Both the position numbers and the translations under genes were made by a program. From a virus: a DNA stretch of 64,000 nucleotides. Shown here in pieces: positions 58,708 through 64,000 of this stretch. The notes beneath the pieces were generated by a model. That model did no database searches and was not told the origin of the DNA. It worked only from the letters and a program-made list of their open reading frames with translations. The stretch lies in the IMG/VR virus record IMGVR_UViG_3300025137_004926; one strand, 5' to 3'. Each line of letters opens with the position of its first letter. Within the stretch, counting starts at the first letter, position 1.

Positions 58708-58992
58708 ATGACAGAAGAAAATAAACAATCGGAAGCGCCAGCTAGTGCACCAGCACCAAGCGAGGCACCAACGGTTACAGTAAATGACTTGGTCAATATT
58801 TACAATATTATTGACTTAGCATCAAAACGTGGGGCTTTTCAAGCCGCAGAGTTATCATCAGTAGGAGCAATCGCTAATAAAGTAAAGGCATTCGTTGACC
58901 ATGTCCAAGCACAACAAAAAGCGGCGGCAGATGCGGCTGGTGAAAAAGCTGGTGAACAGCCTGCTGAAACTACAGAAGGTACAGATAGTTAA
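58708..58992 (+). CDS. hypothetical protein
   Basis: AAGGAG SD; IIDLASKRGAFQAAE; TTGACT-17 bp-TATAAT at ~58611-58639. Confidence 0.7.
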   Translation: MTEENKQSEAPASAPAPSEAPTVTVNDLVNIYNIIDLASKRGAFQAAELSSVGAIANKVKAFVDHVQAQQKAAADAAGEKAGEQPAETTEGTDS

Positions 58993-58994
58993 TT

Positions 58995-59633
58995 ATGGCA
59001 ATTACTAAACACATTGGTAGACATAAAGGCACAGGTCAACGCCTAAGTGTAGTCTTTATGCAAATACCAGAAGACAAGGAACATGCTCTAGTAGTTTACT
59101 CAGACATGTTACAAGATAAATTCCATGATGATTTCATGGCGGCTATCGTATCGCCGGAAGGCCAATCTGCAAATAATTTGCATGAGGCACTTCAACGTAA
59201 AACGTTTTGGAATGGGGAAACAATGTTAGAATCACTACATACCAGAGGTCACTTGAAAAAGGTACCAGTGGATGCAGTGATAATGCAACCAACGCCACAA
59301 CAACAAATCCCACTAGCAGATATTCTTAAAGAAATGAAGAACATCAGTGAGGGAGCAGTTGCGCCGGATCCTGAATTTGGTGAAATGCCAGGTCAGAGAA
59401 TTGACGAGCAAGTAGCATTAAACAGGGATCAAGATAATAAAGCAATCGCACAAAATCTTTTACAACAGGCTGTCCTATTAGAGGATGAAGCTGAAAAGAA
59501 AAGAGCGGAAGCAGTTAGGTTTGATCCAACTCTAGCACAAAAGGCGGCAGAAGCCCCTAAACGTGGAAGAGGTAGACCAAAAGGTACTACTAAAGATGCT
59601 ATGGCGGCAAAAACAACCTCAGCAGAGGTATAA
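58995..59633 (+). CDS. hypothetical protein with a C-terminal AT-hook
   Basis: PKRGRGRPKG. Confidence 0.7.
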   Translation: MAITKHIGRHKGTGQRLSVVFMQIPEDKEHALVVYSDMLQDKFHDDFMAAIVSPEGQSANNLHEALQRKTFWNGETMLESLHTRGHLKKVPVDAVIMQPTPQQQIPLADILKEMKNISEGAVAPDPEFGEMPGQRIDEQVALNRDQDNKAIAQNLLQQAVLLEDEAEKKRAEAVRFDPTLAQKAAEAPKRGRGRPKGTTKDAMAAKTTSAEV

Positions 59634-59637
59634 AACT

Positions 59638-59907
59638 ATGAGTAAGCGTAGTGAAATATTAAATGCAATTACACATGAACGTGAAAAGCATACTGATATG
59701 CCTGGTTCAGAATTAGATATTAAGAACACACCCAACGATTGGGTTGCAATAGCTTCTTACTATCTTGTACAGAATACAAGGAGAGCCACTATGCTTACTC
59801 CACCATCAGCAGAAGATTATAAAGATAACCTGATTAAAGCAGGTGCAGTAATCTTAGCCGCAATCGAACATATTGATTCGATGAAAGATAAGGATGAATT
59901 ATCATAA
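59638..59907 (+). CDS. small helical protein, possibly MazG-like fold
   Basis: ITHEREKH..NDW..LIKAGAVILAAIE. Confidence 0.4.
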   Translation: MSKRSEILNAITHEREKHTDMPGSELDIKNTPNDWVAIASYYLVQNTRRATMLTPPSAEDYKDNLIKAGAVILAAIEHIDSMKDKDELS

Positions 59908-60251
59908 TGGAATTCGATAGAGACGGAGAATTCGATAGGGTAATGGAAGAAATATTTCCCGTAAGTATTCCTTCAGCATTCGTTAAAAGTATCAGTGTTA
60001 AATTGGCAAACGGACAACAAGTTGTTTTAAAAGGCGATGAGTTATTAAATCCTTTACCTGTTGCAAATGATTTTAGTTGGGATAAACTTGTAGAGCAATT
60101 CGATGCTATAGAAGATATCCAAGTGTTTATTGATATGCCTGCCATTAGGCAGAATGTAGTAATGAACGTTAAAAAAATACTAAATAATCATTTTAAAGAC
60201 TACTTAGATAAAGAGTCTAAGAAGAAGCAGGAGAAGGACAATGGCGATTAG
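59907..60251 (+). CDS. hypothetical protein
   Basis: coupled TAATG. Confidence 0.65.
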   Translation: MEFDRDGEFDRVMEEIFPVSIPSAFVKSISVKLANGQQVVLKGDELLNPLPVANDFSWDKLVEQFDAIEDIQVFIDMPAIRQNVVMNVKKILNNHFKDYLDKESKKKQEKDNGD

Positions 60252-60759
60252 CATGATTTTAGCCGCTGATGAATACGGTGGCATAGGATACAAAAACGAT
60301 TTACCTTGGTCGAAAATAAAATTAGATTTAAAATGGTTTGCAGACCACACAACTGATAATGTAGTTGTAATGGGTTCTAATACTTGGAAGAGTTTAGGAA
60401 AAATAGCCCCACTAAAAAATAGAATCAACTACGTAATAACTTCTAAGAGCATGCCTGAATTCCCAGGTGCTCATGATTGTTATGATTATACTCAATATTC
60501 ATTAGAAAGTATTGTTACTGCAATTCAATCAAGACACCCTACTAAACAAATATACATCATAGGTGGTAAACACCTTTACGATGATGCCTATAAATTTTGT
60601 AATAAGATATTACTAACTAGAATTGACGGCACCCATTCAGTAGATACTACAGTAGATATTGTAGAGTATCTAAAAGACTTCAAAAAAACTAACTCATCAG
60701 GATATGTAAACCCACACCCAGAACCTCATTGTACATTTGAGACATGGGATAGAAAATAG
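60241..60759 (+). CDS. folA: dihydrofolate reductase
   Basis: GIGYKNDLPW, DLKWF, VVMGSNTW, NRINYV, IIGG. Confidence 0.93.
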   Translation: MAISMILAADEYGGIGYKNDLPWSKIKLDLKWFADHTTDNVVVMGSNTWKSLGKIAPLKNRINYVITSKSMPEFPGAHDCYDYTQYSLESIVTAIQSRHPTKQIYIIGGKHLYDDAYKFCNKILLTRIDGTHSVDTTVDIVEYLKDFKKTNSSGYVNPHPEPHCTFETWDRK

Positions 60760-60767
60760 GATTGTAA

Positions 60768-61649
60768 ATGGCTAATTGGGAAGAAGAGGAGTACCTTTCT
60801 TTATTACAACATGTAATGGATACTGGAGAAAAACGAGACCAAGAACGAACAGGTACGGGTACTCGTAGTGTATTCTATGCACATTTAAACTTTCAACTTG
60901 AAGCTGGTCTACCTTTATTAACAACTAAAAAAGTAAACTTTAAAGCAGTACTAAGTGAACTACTTTGGTTCTTAGAAGGTTCTAGTGATGAACGTAGACT
61001 AGCAGAAATTCATTATGGTAAACCCAGAGAAGAACTCATAGGTCAAAATACTATCTGGACTGATAATGCTGACAAACAAGGCAAAGACTTAGGCTTTACT
61101 AACACTGACATAGAAAAGAACTTAGGACCCGTATATGGCGTCCAATGGCGCTCATACAACGGTGCTAGACGTAAAGTTGACCAGATAGCTGAACTAATAA
61201 AAGGTATCAAAGAGAACCCACAATCTCGTAGACATATTCTTAATGCATGGAACCCAAGTGATATAGATATGATGGCGTTACCTCCGTGTCATACTATGTC
61301 GCAATTTTATGTATCTAATGATAACAAATTACATTGTAATATGTATCAACGTAGTGCAGATTTATTTTTAGGAGTTCCTTTTAACATTGCATCATATTCA
61401 TTATTAACTTATATGGTTGCACATGTTTGTAAGTTAGGTGTTGGTGAATTTAATCATATCTTTGGCGACTGTCATGTATATGAGAATCACTTTGATGCAG
61501 TAAAAGAACAACTTAAAAGAAAAGCAGAACATTTTCCAAAACTAAGAATTAATAGAACTGTAGAGTCTATGAATGATTTTAAAATAGAAGATTTTGAATT
61601 GATTAATTATGACCCTCAGCCTTTTATTAAAGCATCGATGTCAGTTTAG
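60768..61649 (+). CDS. thyA: thymidylate synthase
   Basis: RTGTGT, PLLTTKK, ELLWF, GPVYGVQWR, ALPPCH, YQRSAD, GVPFN. Confidence 0.97.
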   Translation: MANWEEEEYLSLLQHVMDTGEKRDQERTGTGTRSVFYAHLNFQLEAGLPLLTTKKVNFKAVLSELLWFLEGSSDERRLAEIHYGKPREELIGQNTIWTDNADKQGKDLGFTNTDIEKNLGPVYGVQWRSYNGARRKVDQIAELIKGIKENPQSRRHILNAWNPSDIDMMALPPCHTMSQFYVSNDNKLHCNMYQRSADLFLGVPFNIASYSLLTYMVAHVCKLGVGEFNHIFGDCHVYENHFDAVKEQLKRKAEHFPKLRINRTVESMNDFKIEDFELINYDPQPFIKASMSV

Positions 61650-62085
61650 CAATTCTATCTTTATGTCTACCGCCTTCGAATTCAGTAGTTAAGAACTTAT
61701 CAACAATTTTTAATGCAACTCTTTTAGAAGTAAAGTCTGCACCTAAACATAATACGTTTGCATCATTATGAAGTCTTGCCATTTCTGCTTCTTTAGGAGT
61801 GCGAACTGTTACTGCACGAATATGTGGGTATCTATTGGCCGCTATTGCTACACCAAAACCAGAACCACATACTAAAATGCCTCTAGTAAATACACCTTTC
61901 ATTTCAAGTGCTAGGCTTTTTACTACATCTGGATAATCTACTTTTGCGTTTGGATCATAACAACCACAATCTAAATATGTTGTTATATCTTTTTCTATAT
62001 CTTTGTCAATAGGAACAAGATATTTCTCTATTGCACATTTTAATTCATACCCTCTATGGTCTGAACCTGTAATCAAATCAGTCAT
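61627..62085 (-). CDS. rpiB: ribose-5-phosphate isomerase B
   Basis: GSDHRG, DYPD, CGSGFG, ANR, RLHNDANVL, FEGGRH. Confidence 0.93.
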   Translation of the reverse strand: MTDLITGSDHRGYELKCAIEKYLVPIDKDIEKDITTYLDCGCYDPNAKVDYPDVVKSLALEMKGVFTRGILVCGSGFGVAIAANRYPHIRAVTVRTPKEAEMARLHNDANVLCLGADFTSKRVALKIVDKFLTTEFEGGRHKDRIAKLTSML

Positions 62086-62695
62086 TTGTTTTTTCCCATG
62101 GTAAAGGTTTTGATTTATCTATTTTTGGTTTAGGAAAACAAAATACTAAATGTGTTCTTAGTATCTTACTTGCATTTATGGCTGTGTGAGTTTTTGTTGT
62201 GTCAACTCTATATACTCCACCATATGGTATTCTGCATACTTTATCATCAATGACCATAAAACAATTATCATCAGTGACTATAGGAATATGTAATCTAGGT
62301 GTTTTGTCCTTATGATAAGTCAAGCATGATTTCATACCTAACATCATAAATCTACCTCTTAGGACTCCATATTCTTCATTTAAAGCGTTTACTATTTCCC
62401 CTATATATGTACCCTTCCATACATCACAAAGTAGATTAAACTCATCTTCTTGTAATATTACATCACGTATTTTAGGTCCAGAGTTTTCATAATCTTTCTC
62501 AGGAAAATAATCATCCCAATCATACATCAAACTACCACAACTGTCTAGTAGTTGTTTCTCTCCCTTAATACCTTCTCTACATTGAACTGCAATTTGTTTC
62601 TCATTATCAATAAGTTTCTGTTCAATGCCAAGTCCTTTGAACTCTCCTACAAGTCTCTTGTAATCGAATTCTATGTCTAATTTTTCTACACTCAT
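62078..62695 (-). CDS. Asp/Asn beta-hydroxylase-like 2OG-Fe(II) oxygenase
   Basis: RGRFM..CLTYHKD..RLHIPIVT..DTTKTHTAIN..RTHLV. Confidence 0.75.
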   Translation of the reverse strand: MSVEKLDIEFDYKRLVGEFKGLGIEQKLIDNEKQIAVQCREGIKGEKQLLDSCGSLMYDWDDYFPEKDYENSGPKIRDVILQEDEFNLLCDVWKGTYIGEIVNALNEEYGVLRGRFMMLGMKSCLTYHKDKTPRLHIPIVTDDNCFMVIDDKVCRIPYGGVYRVDTTKTHTAINASKILRTHLVFCFPKPKIDKSKPLPWEKTND

Positions 62696-63612
62696 TCAAA
62701 GTCCTCGTAATGTTTATCGTGTTCTTGCAAAGCATAAGACAAACATAATCTATTAATATATCCGTCTCTTTCAAAATGATTGTCTTTATCTTTTGTACTA
62801 ATGCCAAAGATAACACTATCACTTGGTTCTATTTCTAGTTCTTTTGCTAACTCGATTTGTTTCTGTCTATATTTATTACACATATAATCAGGACTGAACT
62901 CTTTCATTAATTCTGAATGTATTTTCATTCCCGCCATCTGTGTGTAAAAGTGTTCGTTTTGTAGTTGTAATGCAGTACGTTCAGTATTTCTTTTGTATAA
63001 CATACCGGTACGTAATCCTCCAGTAGCAAATGTCTTACTGAAACTAAATGCTACATGAGTTATACAATCATGATTTAGATTTAATCTGGGTACTTCTGCT
63101 ACTCCAAACAAACAACAATCTATGAATACATCTACATTTCTTTTCTTACATGTAGCCATTATTCTATCCCAGTCAAAGTGTACGTTCCCAGTAGCACTAA
63201 AAGGATAACTTATAATCAAAGATCCACTGTTTGGTATATCTTCATACGTATCTAATACAGGGATCCCTAGGTCCCTATGATACGTGTACTCACCTCTGAG
63301 TACGTTTAAATCTATTGTAGTCTCATAGAAGTCTGTGAATGCATCAGTTATACCGTTAGTAACTAATCTATTCTTAAACTTATCAAGCCCTTCTATCTTA
63401 AACTTTTTACTAGAATGTATCCACTTATCATATTGTTCTATGAATGCAATTTGGTCATGTAATATTGAAAAGTCATAAGAGTCATTAAAGATATCAACTG
63501 AACTTCCTACTTCAATAACATCTTCGTCTACAATAGCTTTTGCTTTACGAATAGCCTGTTGTCTATTCTCACAATGTCTTGTAAATAAATCTATCTTATC
63601 TAACTTTTTCAT
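62692..63612 (-). CDS. PLP-dependent (fold-type I) enzyme
   Basis: SYPFSATG, FIDCC, FSFSK (Schiff-base Lys), RTG. Confidence 0.65.
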   Translation of the reverse strand: MKKLDKIDLFTRHCENRQQAIRKAKAIVDEDVIEVGSSVDIFNDSYDFSILHDQIAFIEQYDKWIHSSKKFKIEGLDKFKNRLVTNGITDAFTDFYETTIDLNVLRGEYTYHRDLGIPVLDTYEDIPNSGSLIISYPFSATGNVHFDWDRIMATCKKRNVDVFIDCCLFGVAEVPRLNLNHDCITHVAFSFSKTFATGGLRTGMLYKRNTERTALQLQNEHFYTQMAGMKIHSELMKEFSPDYMCNKYRQKQIELAKELEIEPSDSVIFGISTKDKDNHFERDGYINRLCLSYALQEHDKHYEDFE

Positions 63613-64000
63613 TTGGATATATTCTTACTAGGGTTCCTGGTGCTCTTTTTGGTATCTTACTATCTGCACTTGAAACACAACTTTCACTAATACATGGCTT
63701 AGGACTATCAAATAGTTTAAACCCACTTTCGATATATCCTAGTGGTTCATCTGCACAACTGTAAGAACGTTTAATACTTCCGTCTGGTTCTCTTATGATA
63801 ACACCTTTGAAGCCACTAGTACAATCCCAACCTTTGAACTTATTAAAGTTGAAAGCATTAAATCTTTCTGCTTGGTCTATGTACCACTTCTTGCCTTTGC
63901 TATCTTCAAACTCTACTTGCATGATTGGTGGGACACCTTTATCATCACCATTCATTACATCTTGATTCCACATAGTCTTTGCTGGCTTAGGTCTTATAAT
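63596..64000 (-). CDS. C-terminal part of a probable radical SAM/SPASM protein (5'-partial)
   Basis: frame open to the window edge; FKGWDCTSG..RSYSC..PCISESCVSSAD Cys pattern. Confidence 0.55.
   Translation of the reverse strand: MIRPKPAKTMWNQDVMNGDDKGVPPIMQVEFEDSKGKKWYIDQAERFNAFNFNKFKGWDCTSGFKGVIIREPDGSIKRSYSCADEPLGYIESGFKLFDSPKPCISESCVSSADSKIPKRAPGTLVRIYPNEKVR

Overview
This AT-rich, densely coding 64-kb window looks like part of a large T4-like (jumbo myovirus-type) phage genome, most plausibly infecting an aquatic alphaproteobacterium (inference). Evidence includes a family-B DNA polymerase, a gp45/PCNA-like clamp, a T4-type RNase H, ThyA and DHFR, five tRNAs, T4-type ATAAATA late-promoter motifs and strong sigma70 promoters. 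It is rich in host-like metabolic genes: Fe-S assembly (HscB, IscA, ErpA, IscU, YgfZ), ACP, pseudoazurin, three transporters, MetK, APRT, flavodoxin and RpiB. Four things stand out. (1) A late-promoter block (17.8-27.7 kb) encodes proteins sharing an M-K/R-L-x-E/D/Q N-terminus and modules separated by hydrophobic-x-Glu sites. One is a 1224-aa ParB-like + alarmone-hydrolase HD + CCA-adding + HAD chain. These read as capsid-packaged, protease-processed polyproteins carrying a tRNA 3'-end repair/anti-defence toolkit. (2) A self-provisioned 7-deazaguanine cluster contains an unexpected glycosyltransferase, PRTase and purine permease. (3) Two biosynthetic-type cassettes share an adenylation enzyme + GNAT-like pair; one also has a halogenase-like flavoprotein, two desaturases and a ketosynthase. 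(4) Five promoters carry GAATC (GANTC) at a fixed position in the -35/-10 spacer, suggesting CcrM/GcrA-type control. All functional calls come from motif recognition by eye; no searches were run.
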